Shown here: positions 27,909-37,111 of the stretch, one piece after another | Layout of the letters: every line of letters starts with the position of its first letter | How positions within the stretch are numbered: position 1 is the stretch's first letter | DNA from: an uncultured Gemmatimonadales bacterium | Lineage (GTDB): Bacteria; Gemmatimonadota; Gemmatimonadetes; Gemmatimonadales; GWC2-71-9 | DNA: 64,000 nucleotides | Direction: 5' to 3' | Assembly (NCBI GenBank): GCA_963779755.1 | Contig: CAVZZO010000001.1 | Coordinates: 800,001-864,000, forward strand | Notes under the pieces: generated by a model | Seen by the model: only the letters and a program-made list of their open reading frames with translations | Told to the model about the DNA's origin: nothing | Databases searched by the model: none | Translations under genes and position numbers: made by a program

Positions 27909-29552
27909 CTAGACCAGGTGATGCTCGTAGGCCCAGGCCGTGGCGGCGGCCCGGCTGGAAAGCCCGAGCTTGCCGAAGATGTTGCTCATGTGGCGTGCCA
28001 CCGTCTTTTCGCTGATGGCCAGCTCGGCGGCGATGGCCCGGTTGGTCCTGCCCGAGGCCACGAGCCGGAGCACCTCCAGTTCCCGCGGGGTGAGGCCGCC
28101 GGCCACCGGCGATTCATCCTCTCCCGCCAGCGCATCGAGCCGTTCAAGGTCGGGCGCCGCTCCCAGCTCCCGGAAGGTGGCGCGAGCAGCGTCGAACTCG
28201 AGCGCCGTTGCGTCGCGATCCCCCAACCCCCGGCAGGCACGGCCGATCAGTACGCGCACGGTGGCGGCTTCATAGGGCGCCTCCAGGCTGGTCCAGGCCT
28301 GCCATGCCTCGCGCAGGCTGGTGAGCGCTTCGTCCGGCTGGTCCTCCGCCAGCAGTACAGCTCCGTTGGCTTGCGCCGAGGTGGCGCGCAGGAGGGGGGT
28401 ATCCACTGCGGCGGCGATCGCCGCCAGTGCGTCGGCCGCTGCGCGCGCGGCCGCCACATCGCCTCCGGTCAGGGAGACTTCGATCCACGCCGGCAGCGTC
28501 AGCGCTCGGGTGCGGCGGTCGCTGGCCTCGTCCAGCACTCGGCGCAGCGCGGACCGCGCGGCAGCGAGGTCGCCCTGGGCCAACCGCAGGAGGGCGAGCC
28601 CGGGCCAGGGCTTCCGGCCCAACCGGCTGGCTTCGCGGTAGGCCGATTCCGCCCGGGGGAACTGTCCCAGCAGCCGGTGAAGCTCGGCCTGCTGATACCA
28701 GGCGGCGCCGGCGTCGGGTTGGCCGGGCGGATCGCCCAGGCGGCGGCAGGCGCGTTCCGCTTCGGCCATCGCGTCCTCCCAGGCGCCGCGCAACCGCATG
28801 ATCTCCGCCCGGCGCACCAGGCACTGGCCGCGATAGGGAACCAGGTCGGGCTGGTCCGCGCACCAGCGGGTGAGCGCGGCAGTCCACTCCTGTGCCCGGC
28901 GCAAGTCGAACATCTCGTGGCAGGCCGAGATCACGCTGCAGTACACCGTGCCGGCGATGATGGGCGAGACCTCACCGCTGGTAACGGCGGCCATGATCTC
29001 GTCCAGGATGGCCACACCCTGCGCGGTCTTGCCCAGCAGGATGAGTGAGCGCCCTTCACCATGGCGGGCCAGGGTGGTCAGATCGGGGTCGCCGAAGCGC
29101 CGGCCGATGGCGGCGGCATCGGCGAAAATAGCCAGCGCACCAGCGGGGTTCCGCGCCTTGGCCTGCTGCAGCGCGGCCGGCAGGAGGAGGTACCCGCGTT
29201 CCACACAGTCGCCGGCCGCCTCCTCGATCAGTCGCTGACCCCGGCTCAGCCAGCCGGCGGCCGGCGCGTCCTCCCCCCGGGCCCCCAGTCCGAAGACCAG
29301 CCAGAAGGCGAATCTCGCCGCGCCGGCGGCCTCGCCGCTGTCGGCCAGAATGCGGAACCCCCGGCTCAGCGCGGCGTCGGATTCTGTGTCCCGGCCGAGC
29401 AGGTATGCCGCCGTTGCCAGGCGCCCGAGGTCCGGTGGGGCGAGCGGCGTGTCCTGGTCGGCCCGGGTGAGGAGCGTGTACGCCTCTCCCCACGCTTTTC
29501 GATCGATGGCCGCGCGGCCGCGGGCGAGGAGGCCGGAGTCCGGGGAAGGCAT
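27909..29552 (-). CDS. LuxR-family regulator with TPR-like N-terminal region
   Basis: C-terminal LTPRELEVLRLVASGRTNRAIA..L.ISEKTV HTH. Confidence 0.9.
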   Translation of the reverse strand: MPSPDSGLLARGRAAIDRKAWGEAYTLLTRADQDTPLAPPDLGRLATAAYLLGRDTESDAALSRGFRILADSGEAAGAARFAFWLVFGLGARGEDAPAAGWLSRGQRLIEEAAGDCVERGYLLLPAALQQAKARNPAGALAIFADAAAIGRRFGDPDLTTLARHGEGRSLILLGKTAQGVAILDEIMAAVTSGEVSPIIAGTVYCSVISACHEMFDLRRAQEWTAALTRWCADQPDLVPYRGQCLVRRAEIMRLRGAWEDAMAEAERACRRLGDPPGQPDAGAAWYQQAELHRLLGQFPRAESAYREASRLGRKPWPGLALLRLAQGDLAAARSALRRVLDEASDRRTRALTLPAWIEVSLTGGDVAAARAAADALAAIAAAVDTPLLRATSAQANGAVLLAEDQPDEALTSLREAWQAWTSLEAPYEAATVRVLIGRACRGLGDRDATALEFDAARATFRELGAAPDLERLDALAGEDESPVAGGLTPRELEVLRLVASGRTNRAIAAELAISEKTVARHMSNIFGKLGLSSRAAATAWAYEHHLV

Positions 29553-29902
29553 GCTGGGAAGGTGGGAGGATGGACCGGGTGGGAACAAGGGGCAGGGGCG
29601 AGGATCGGGCCCTGAGGACGGCGAAAAACAAAGTCGCGCCGCCGACACCGAACGGTCGACGACGCGGCTTATTGCCTGCGCGGCCCGGTACGATCGCTCG
29701 ATGGCAACCGATCGGAGGCGCAGATCGCGGTTCGGTCCTGGATCAGCTACCGATCAGGCGATCGCTTGCCCATACCAGGTCGCGCCTGGGACTGTTACTA
29801 GACAATGGATCACCTCCTTGGTTGGGGTTGGGGTTCGGGCGTGAACAACCGGGATTCTAGAGCCAAGCCGGGGCGGACGCAATGCTTTTCCCGACCTTCC
29901 AG

Positions 29903-29956
29903 ACCCCCTCGACCCTCGGGACCGGGTCGAGAGGGTCGAGAGGGTCGAGAGGGTCA
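29903..29956. repeat. Nonamer-based (GAGAGGGTC) palindromic element at a gene 3' end
   Basis: CTCGACCC...GGGTCGAG arms; related copies near 52455-52492, 53808-53836, 55789-55857 and 57367-57398. Confidence 0.7.
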
Positions 29957-29959
29957 GGA

Positions 29960-30739
29960 TCACTTCATCGCCACGGTCGAAAACGCAAACTTCCAGGCGT
30001 TGGCCGTGCTGTCGTAATCCGCCCGGAAGCTCTGTGGCGGATGCACGCTGGAAGGCCAGTCGGTCAGGGCGGGGATATCCAGCGCGAAGTTCTTGCCGCT
30101 CTGCAGGGTCGCGCGCGTGATCATGGGCTCGATGAAGATCGGGCTCCCGCGATAGTAGCCCATCACCATGGTCTTCTGGAACAGATCAGTGCCCTCCATT
30201 TCCGATCTGGGCAGGGCATGCATGCCCATCCTGGGAACGCAGAGGCCGACCAGGCGCCCGATACCCGGGATGTCCATGTCGGGTAGAACGTAGCCCGCCG
30301 GCAACGCCGCCCCGGTACTGTCGCTGCAGTCGATAGCGTCGATATCGGCGGTGGGGATGCTGTAGAAATGGAAGTCGAAGTGCGGCGTCAGGTATGGGCC
30401 GGGGGGATGTCCGTGGGCTTCCCAGAACATGGTGAGGACGTCGAATCCCGTGGCGGTTTTCACCGGCTCGCCCAGCGGGACGGTGGCCACGGCCACGGGC
30501 GGCCAGTCCATGGGGACGTCGGCGGGTGCGCTGTCCACCGATGCCATGGGGATTGTGGCACCAAAGGCCAGGAGCTGGTCGCCCTTCATCTCGTGCCAGG
30601 TACAGACGTCGCCCCCGTTGACGGTGGCGCATTCATCCTGGACCACTTGCGCGCGGTTGCAGCCGGACAGACCGAGTGCTGCCAGGCCGAGCGCCACGCC
30701 GGTGGCATAACCGGCCCGGCGACGGGAACGCGTTGCCAT
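29960..30739 (-). CDS. Lipoprotein, TTHB210/DUF5602-like
   Basis: Lipobox LSGC; GHPPGPYLTPHFDFHFY, VPRMGMH, FIEPMIT. Confidence 0.75.
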   Translation of the reverse strand: MATRSRRRAGYATGVALGLAALGLSGCNRAQVVQDECATVNGGDVCTWHEMKGDQLLAFGATIPMASVDSAPADVPMDWPPVAVATVPLGEPVKTATGFDVLTMFWEAHGHPPGPYLTPHFDFHFYSIPTADIDAIDCSDSTGAALPAGYVLPDMDIPGIGRLVGLCVPRMGMHALPRSEMEGTDLFQKTMVMGYYRGSPIFIEPMITRATLQSGKNFALDIPALTDWPSSVHPPQSFRADYDSTANAWKFAFSTVAMK

Positions 30740-31011
30740 AGCCCCCCCCTGAAAGGATTGTTGGTCGGAAGTATCTACAGCTTAGGGAATTGGCTGTACC
30801 CTGGCAAGCCGGGCGGGTGCCGTGGGCTGGTGTGGCCGCGGCCGGGATCGGGCGGCATCACCCGCGTGTGTGAAGACACTCTATGCGGCGATTCACGTCC
30901 ACTTCTCCGCATCCGCGATATATCCCAATGGCGTGCCCGGCTGCGTCCGCACGGTGGCCATAGTCGGGCACCCCGGATCTCAAAAGTGAGCACTCCGATG
31001 CGGGGGGAGTC

Positions 31012-32052
31012 ATGTCGTGGTGGTGGTCCGGGGCCCTTCTCCTGGTTCTTGCGATCCTGCCCCAGCCGCTCGCTGGCCAGTACTCCCGCCCTTCGGGCGC
31101 CTTCACGCTCGACCGGCTCTCGGGGAAGGTTACCGGGGAGATTCGCGCCGAACTGCGAGCGGCCGAGCCGGACTGGGACCGGGTGCTCCGCCTCTTCTTC
31201 GGAGCGGACGGCTACGACCAGGGGATTCCCGACCTGGTTGTCTACATCCCGCGTGCCGGCGAGTCCAAACTGGCGCTGCTGCACCAGGGCAGGCCCGTCA
31301 AGAACTTCGAGGGTCAGACCTTCCTCTACTTCGTTGTGTTCTCGGAGCGGGCGATCCCGGCCGCGGGGCCCCATCTGGCGGTCTCGGCACGATCGATCGA
31401 AACGGCGGAGGACCCATTCCTCACGGCATTCGTGAAGGCGCTCGCCTCGCAGCTTGGCGCTGCGACACCAGAACCCGAGCTTGGCGCCGGCGCCGATTCC
31501 GTGCTGGAGCTTACACTCCGGGACTTGCGCGCGGATACGTCTTCTGCGGACCGGCTGGACGTCGCGATGGGCCGGGTCCGGCTCGGTCCGAACAGCCTGA
31601 ACCGGGTCACCATCTCGGGAGTGGGTGGGTTCCCGTTGGACCCGCAGGTATCGCTGCACTACATGTTCGGGAACTCCGACGGCTCCCGATTCGGCGCCAG
31701 CATCGGCCCCGGGTTCACGCTGAACGTGCGCCGGCCGGTGTTCGAGGAGAATTCGCCGACCGGTACGGAGGGGTACCTGCGATCCTCCCTTTACATCTTT
31801 GGCCAGGTCTACATCAATCGCCCTAACCTGCCCCGCGACCGCTTCAGTCTCGGCCTGGCGTTCGGCACCAACCTGTTGCGGGGCGATCCGCTGGACGATC
31901 TGGTCATCGGGATGGCGGTCGGCCGGTTTGCCGGTCTCGGGGTGGTGGTCGGTGCCAACAGCCTGGAGTGGCAGGTGCCGGTCGGGAACACGGGACAGCT
32001 CAAGGATACGCGCCGATGGCGGCCGTTCGTCGGACTCGATTTCCAGCTTTAG
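31012..32052 (+). CDS. Hypothetical secreted/outer-membrane protein
   Basis: Signal peptide; amphipathic beta-strand C-terminus ending FVGLDFQL. Confidence 0.65.
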   Translation: MSWWWSGALLLVLAILPQPLAGQYSRPSGAFTLDRLSGKVTGEIRAELRAAEPDWDRVLRLFFGADGYDQGIPDLVVYIPRAGESKLALLHQGRPVKNFEGQTFLYFVVFSERAIPAAGPHLAVSARSIETAEDPFLTAFVKALASQLGAATPEPELGAGADSVLELTLRDLRADTSSADRLDVAMGRVRLGPNSLNRVTISGVGGFPLDPQVSLHYMFGNSDGSRFGASIGPGFTLNVRRPVFEENSPTGTEGYLRSSLYIFGQVYINRPNLPRDRFSLGLAFGTNLLRGDPLDDLVIGMAVGRFAGLGVVVGANSLEWQVPVGNTGQLKDTRRWRPFVGLDFQL

Positions 32053-32095
32053 CCGGATCACCGCCCGTGGAACACCTGGGAGAAAGTAGGCAAGC

Positions 32096-33040
32096 ATGCT
32101 GCCCAACCTTGCAGGCAAGCTCGGCAATCTCTTCAGCCCGCGCTTCGCCGTCAGCTATCTGGCGCCGGCACTGGTAGCGGGCGGCGCTGCCGCGACGGTC
32201 GGCGCCATGGAAATCGGCGTGGAGCACGCGATCAACGCGTGGAAGAGAATGCAGGCCTCGTCGTCCATCACCGCGGGTTTGGGGGTGGTGCTCGCGTTGG
32301 TCCTGTTCGCGTACCTTCTCCAGGCCGTGACTGCTCCCGTGCTGCAATTGTGGGAGGGTCGCTATCTGCCCGGCTGGCTGGCCCGGCGGTGGTGCGCGGC
32401 GCAGACGAGGAGCGCCGCACGACTTGCGGGGGAGATGGACGATCCCGACCGGAGGGCACCGCACCCGCAGCGGTATTTCGGCTTTCCCCATAACCCTCGC
32501 AGGCTGCGGCCGACGCGACTGGGAAACGCGATCGCGGCAGCCGAGGAGCACCCGTACGAGGCCTATGGTCTCGACGGCGTTCTCTGGTGGCCGCGGTTGC
32601 TGGCCGTGCTCCCGAACTCGCTGCGCGACCAGCTCGACGACGCCAAGGCGCCGCTCGTCGGGCTCATCAACCTGGCAACGTTGCTGGTGGTGGTCACGCT
32701 GGGTGCCAGCGTGGTCCTCGCCTTCGCCACGGTGGCATGGCTGCCTTTCTGGCTGCCGCCGGTGCTTGGGCTGCCGGTGGCCTGGTTGTGTTATCGTGGA
32801 GCCGTCGGCCAGGCCGTCGGCTTCGGAATGCTCATTCGCGTCGCGTTCGACCTCCACCGGCTGGACATCCTGCGCGGCATGTCCATCCGCCTCCCCGAAA
32901 ACTATGAGGTGGAACGCGCCCTCTGGAAACAGCTCAACGGGTGGATGGGCAGGTTCACGCCGCCCGGCGTGGCCTGCGCGACAGAAGCGGAATGGCTGCG
33001 GGCGCCCTTCACCTACGCGATGGGGGCGGGCGGCAAGTAA
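32096..33040 (+). CDS. Conserved hypothetical membrane protein
   Basis: Four TM helices; PTRLGNAIAAAE..YGLDG..WPRL and FDLHR motifs. Confidence 0.7.
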   Translation: MLPNLAGKLGNLFSPRFAVSYLAPALVAGGAAATVGAMEIGVEHAINAWKRMQASSSITAGLGVVLALVLFAYLLQAVTAPVLQLWEGRYLPGWLARRWCAAQTRSAARLAGEMDDPDRRAPHPQRYFGFPHNPRRLRPTRLGNAIAAAEEHPYEAYGLDGVLWWPRLLAVLPNSLRDQLDDAKAPLVGLINLATLLVVVTLGASVVLAFATVAWLPFWLPPVLGLPVAWLCYRGAVGQAVGFGMLIRVAFDLHRLDILRGMSIRLPENYEVERALWKQLNGWMGRFTPPGVACATEAEWLRAPFTYAMGAGGK

Positions 33041-33088
33041 CGCCTCCGGGAGTTCGGGAAGCGGACCACGGCGGCGGGTTCCGCCCCC

Positions 33089-33421
33089 CTAGCGTGCCGG
33101 TTTGAGCCGGACGGCCGTCCCGTAGCAGAGCACTTCGGTAGCTGCGCTCCGGTCGCCGCCGACCTCCGAGGACTCGTAGTGCACGCCCACCACCGCGTCT
33201 GCTCCCATGCCGCGCGCGTGCTCGACCATCAGGTCGTAGGCCTGCTGGCGGGCCTGTTCGCACATTTCTCCGTAGGCGCCGACGGTGCCGCCGATGAGCG
33301 TCTTGAGGCCGCCCCGGATTCCCTGGCCGATGGTGGGCGAGCGCACCACGATGCCCCGGGCCAGCCCCTTGTATTCGACAATCTGATAGCCGTCAATGCT
33401 GAACGTGGTGGTGACCTGCAT
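33089..33421 (-). CDS. YbjQ/UPF0145 family protein
   Basis: GGLKTLIGG, GADAVVGV, EVLCYGTAV. Confidence 0.92.
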   Translation of the reverse strand: MQVTTTFSIDGYQIVEYKGLARGIVVRSPTIGQGIRGGLKTLIGGTVGAYGEMCEQARQQAYDLMVEHARGMGADAVVGVHYESSEVGGDRSAATEVLCYGTAVRLKPAR

Positions 33422-33577
33422 GGCCGATTCTCTCCTGTGGGGCGTTCCGCCGCTTCGCGGGACCGTCCCGGGGCGGGTACGCCGAAGGCTATACCGCCCG
33501 GGGGCCCCGCGCCATGCGGCACGCGAGGCCCCCGGGCTGTCCGACAGGCGAATCGAGTAGCACCGGCTGGCCGTTCG

Positions 33578-33829
33578 CTACGAGCCTTCGAGCACTTCGA
33601 AAATCTCGTCGGGCATGAGTCCGTGAGCCTCCTGGTGCACCGCGGCGGCGGCTTCCTTGCTCGGCGCTTCAACCAGGCACATGACGGTACCGTCGCGCTC
33701 ATTGAACCAGTAGTGCCGGTAGTTCACGTCGTGCTTCTTCTGCACCTCGAGATCCCGGGCGTGAGCGTCCGCGGCGGCCTGGGCCGTCAGGCCGTCGACG
33801 TGGCGATGGATGTCCATGAAGAGCGGCAT
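33578..33829 (-). CDS. DUF4242/SCO4226-like protein
   Basis: FMDIH..AHARDL..YW..CLVEAPS..VHQEAHGL. Confidence 0.88.
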   Translation of the reverse strand: MPLFMDIHRHVDGLTAQAAADAHARDLEVQKKHDVNYRHYWFNERDGTVMCLVEAPSKEAAAAVHQEAHGLMPDEIFEVLEGS

Positions 33830-33975
33830 TTGGATCCTCCTTCCCTGGTTGGACGGCAGATTCTCCGGGCGGAACGGCCGTCCGGATTTCTGTAGGGTTG
33901 AAGCGTGTACCGGAGATGTCAAGGCGGACGTCCCGTTCCGGCCCCTCGCCCCGGTAACATCTTCCCGCTCGGCCC

Positions 33976-34431
33976 TCAGCTCCCGGTCCTCATCGCTTCC
34001 AGCGTCTGCCGCAGGAACCGGCGGAATCGCCACCCCACCCAGAGGTAGCTGCCGCCCCACAGCCACAGCCAGATGATCGCCGCGTGCAGGAGCGCGGCGG
34101 GAAGCTCGACCCGCATCCAGAGCAGCTCGCTGCCGGCCCAGAGTAGTACCAGAATGATCCCGGCAATCAGTGCCCGGCGGAGCGAGATGCGGGACCGCAG
34201 CGATTCACCGGCCTCACCGGCGATGAGGGCCAGCTCCCCGCTGGTGATCGACCAGAGCGGCCCGAATGTGACGGTCCACGGCACGTGGAACACCGCGCGC
34301 GGTCCGTCCTGCGCCAGCCTGTCGGCGCCCTGGTGACTGAGGGCGAGCAGCAGGGCAGCAAGGAGGGTCTTGGACGGGGCTGCCCCGGGGGGCAGCGCGA
34401 GCCGGTGAGTCTGTGAGGCAGGGAACGGCAT
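33976..34431 (-). CDS. Hypothetical membrane protein
   Basis: 151-aa ORF with two C-terminal TM helices. Confidence 0.55.
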   Translation of the reverse strand: MPFPASQTHRLALPPGAAPSKTLLAALLLALSHQGADRLAQDGPRAVFHVPWTVTFGPLWSITSGELALIAGEAGESLRSRISLRRALIAGIILVLLWAGSELLWMRVELPAALLHAAIIWLWLWGGSYLWVGWRFRRFLRQTLEAMRTGS

Positions 34432-34564
34432 GACGCAGTCTCCGCCTCAGCGTGTCAGGCGCAGGAAGGGAGGGTCAAATCACCGGGTGGTTGATCGACA
34501 TTCTCGTTGCAGCAAACATAGCGACCCAAACCCGCTGATCCGGCTGGGGGGGGCCGATGGACAA

Positions 34565-34880
34565 TCAGCCGCGCCACTCCGAGGCCAGCAGTCCGTACAC
34601 GCAGTGATCGAGGAACCGGTCGCCGATCCGGTGGGATTGCCGCCGGATGCCCTCCAGCCGGAAGCCCAGCCGTTCCGGCACCGCGGGCGAAATCGGCAAT
34701 GAACGACTCGACGTCTTCCCGTGTTCTGACTGCATTGGACCAGCGGAGCCAGCGATCGAGGTGGGCGCGATTCTCGAGGATCAGCGCGTGTATCTCCGGC
34801 GCATCGGTCGGGGCGAGCGGACGGATCTGGACGCCGCCTTCCAGTTCCCAGAACAGGGCAGGGCCGTCGGTCGGGCGCAT
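34565..34880 (-). pseudogene. RimL/YdaF-type GNAT acetyltransferase with internal deletion and frameshift
   Basis: N-terminal ENRAHLDRWLRW...FIADFA joins out of frame to C-terminal AVPERLGFRLEGIRRQ...DHCVYGLLASEW; the central part is absent. Confidence 0.8.
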
Positions 34881-35063
34881 GCTACGGGGAAATATGGCGA
34901 CGCCGGTATTCACCGAATCTGGTGTCGGCCGCCGGGGTCCGGGACAGCAGCGCATCAACGGCATCCAGCTTGGCACACTCGTAGGAGGACGTGATCACCC
35001 GTGCGCTGTCGGGCCACTCGGCAGCAGCCAGGGTATCGGTCAGCCTCTTTGCTCCGCGGCGGC

Positions 35064-35981
35064 TCACGTGAACTGAAACGCCAGTTCCCGCGTGATTTCC
35101 CCGAGCCCGTGGTGCAGGCTCACGGCCCGTTCCGTGGCCGCCATGTCGATGGTCCAGGCAACGGCTTCCAGGAGATGCCACCGGCGCACGGCGGCCGTCA
35201 GGCCGGCTGATGCCTCCCCGGCGTACCAGGAAACGACCCGGTCGAGCATGTCCGGGCCGAAATCCTCATACAGATAGATGAAATCGCGCGCCGGGTCGCC
35301 CATGGCCACATCGCCGAAATCGATGATGCCGGAGAGGCGTGCCGGGGCCGGGTGGTACAGCAGGTGCCCGGGGGCGAGGTCACAGTGGAGCAGGGCCGGG
35401 GAGCGTTCTCTCTCGCCTGACGAATCCGGCCACTCGATGAGGAACTGCTCCAGGCGGGTCCGGGACGCGGGGTCGAATAGCGGGAGAATCCCCGGTACCT
35501 CCTTCCGCAGCTCCGCGGCCATCGCCGAGCCGTCGAGCCGCGGAACCCCGCAGGCCGCCCCGATCTCCAGCGGCACCGCGTGGAGCGCCCGGAGAAATTC
35601 CGCCAGCTCTCGTGCGGTAGCCTCCCGCGCCGGGCCCGGAAGGCGCTCCCAAGCCTCCCGCGTCATTACTGTGCCGGTGATTTCCCGGTGGATCGTGAAC
35701 GGAGGGCAGGCCGCCGGAGCCCGGTACTCCAGACGGGGCACAGGAAGAGGCAGCATCCCGCTGATCCGTTTCAGCACACAGGCTTCGCGCCGGTGGGCGA
35801 GCGCGGCCCGGGGATGCTTCGCAACCCGGATGATCTCCGGGCCCAGGCGAAAGGCCAGACAGAAATCGCCCTCGCCCACCGTCTCGAGCCGCTCCCCGGC
35901 TGCGGGGAATACGTCTTCCAGCAGCCCCGCGATGCGGCCGGTATCGAGGCCTTGCCAGGGCCAGGTGCCGGCCTCGCTCAC
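35064..35981 (-). CDS. APH/choline-kinase-family phosphotransferase
   Basis: LLHCDLAPGHLL and GIIDFGDVAMGDPARD; GTG start overlaps the upstream TGA. Confidence 0.85.
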   Translation of the reverse strand: MSEAGTWPWQGLDTGRIAGLLEDVFPAAGERLETVGEGDFCLAFRLGPEIIRVAKHPRAALAHRREACVLKRISGMLPLPVPRLEYRAPAACPPFTIHREITGTVMTREAWERLPGPAREATARELAEFLRALHAVPLEIGAACGVPRLDGSAMAAELRKEVPGILPLFDPASRTRLEQFLIEWPDSSGERERSPALLHCDLAPGHLLYHPAPARLSGIIDFGDVAMGDPARDFIYLYEDFGPDMLDRVVSWYAGEASAGLTAAVRRWHLLEAVAWTIDMAATERAVSLHHGLGEITRELAFQFT

Positions 35982-37051
35982 GTCCCGGCCCGGTGCCGTT
36001 CCCAGTACCGCCGAGCGAGCGAGTCTACCCGGACCAGTTCGGTATGAAACCTTTGCGGTTCTTCGAAGAAGGGGAAATGTGCCGAGCTGTCGAACCACAC
36101 CACCTGTTTCCGCGGGGCGCGGAGTGAATCGAGATAGTGAACGGCGGGAAGCGGTGGCGTGGTGTAGTCGTGCCGTCCCAGGAAGAGAAGCAGGGGGACG
36201 TGAATAGTGCTGCCGGCCGGCGGGAGCGGCGGCCCGGGCGCATCGGCAAAGGTCGCGCTCAGTAGTTGGCTGCCGCGTTGCACATTCCAGGCATCGAGCA
36301 GGGTGTATTCGGGCGCCATGAGGCCGGTCCGGAGCAGCGGCCAGAAGCTGGTGGCGTGCAGCAGCTCGCCGCCGGTGGCGAAGAGGTCGCTCTCCCGGAT
36401 GGGGCTGCCCGGCGCGGACAGCCTGGCGGCGATTGCGGTGTCGCCCAGGCGTCGGGCTTCGGCGAGCACCAGCCGGCGCTGCGCCGCATGTGCCGTGGCC
36501 GTATCGGGTGCCAGCTGGCCCATCCCGACATATGCACGGTACCACTCCGGATGCCGGTTGACAGCGATCAGCCCCAGCCTGGTGCCCCAGGAGTGAGCGA
36601 CCAGAAGGATCCGATCCTGGTGGAAGCGCGCCCGCAGCCAGTTCGTGAGTTGGTAGAGATCGGCCAGCGCCCGCTCGACGGTCAGGGATTCGGCGGGAAT
36701 GCGCGCGCCGTAGGACTTGCCCGTGCCCCGGCGGTCCCACTGCACCATGAGGAAGTCCCGCTCCAGGGGCCGCTGGAAGGCGTGCGCCAGATACATTGCC
36801 GGCATGCCCGGCCCTCCGTGCAGGAAGAGCACGATGGGACGGGTGCTGTCGGCGCCTCGCAGCAGCACCGCCTGGCGGGCGCCGCCCAGGACGACCCAGT
36901 CGAGCTCGGCGATGGCGCGTGATGGGCCGCCCTGCTTGCCGCGGATGGGCGGCGTGCCGCCGCGCAGGGGAAAGAACACGATCGCCAGCACGGTGATCAT
37001 GGCCAGGATCAGGCCGAGTGCTGGGAGCGCGAGCCGCCGGGGACGCCGCAT
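35978..37051 (-). CDS. Alpha/beta hydrolase (proline iminopeptidase-like)
   Basis: FLHGGPG, WDRRGTGKS, AHSWG, SAHFP. Confidence 0.9.
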   Translation of the reverse strand: MRRPRRLALPALGLILAMITVLAIVFFPLRGGTPPIRGKQGGPSRAIAELDWVVLGGARQAVLLRGADSTRPIVLFLHGGPGMPAMYLAHAFQRPLERDFLMVQWDRRGTGKSYGARIPAESLTVERALADLYQLTNWLRARFHQDRILLVAHSWGTRLGLIAVNRHPEWYRAYVGMGQLAPDTATAHAAQRRLVLAEARRLGDTAIAARLSAPGSPIRESDLFATGGELLHATSFWPLLRTGLMAPEYTLLDAWNVQRGSQLLSATFADAPGPPLPPAGSTIHVPLLLFLGRHDYTTPPLPAVHYLDSLRAPRKQVVWFDSSAHFPFFEEPQRFHTELVRVDSLARRYWERHRAGT

Positions 37052-37111
37052 GGCGTGGCCTCTGGAGCAGGGAACCGACGGTCCACCTACGGCGCTCGCC
37101 GCGGGGGAGTG

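Noticed and set aside
35064..35981. Bona fide aminoglycoside-resistance gene
   Set aside because: Only generic APH/choline-kinase motifs are visible, the substrate cannot be inferred, and there is no mobile context.
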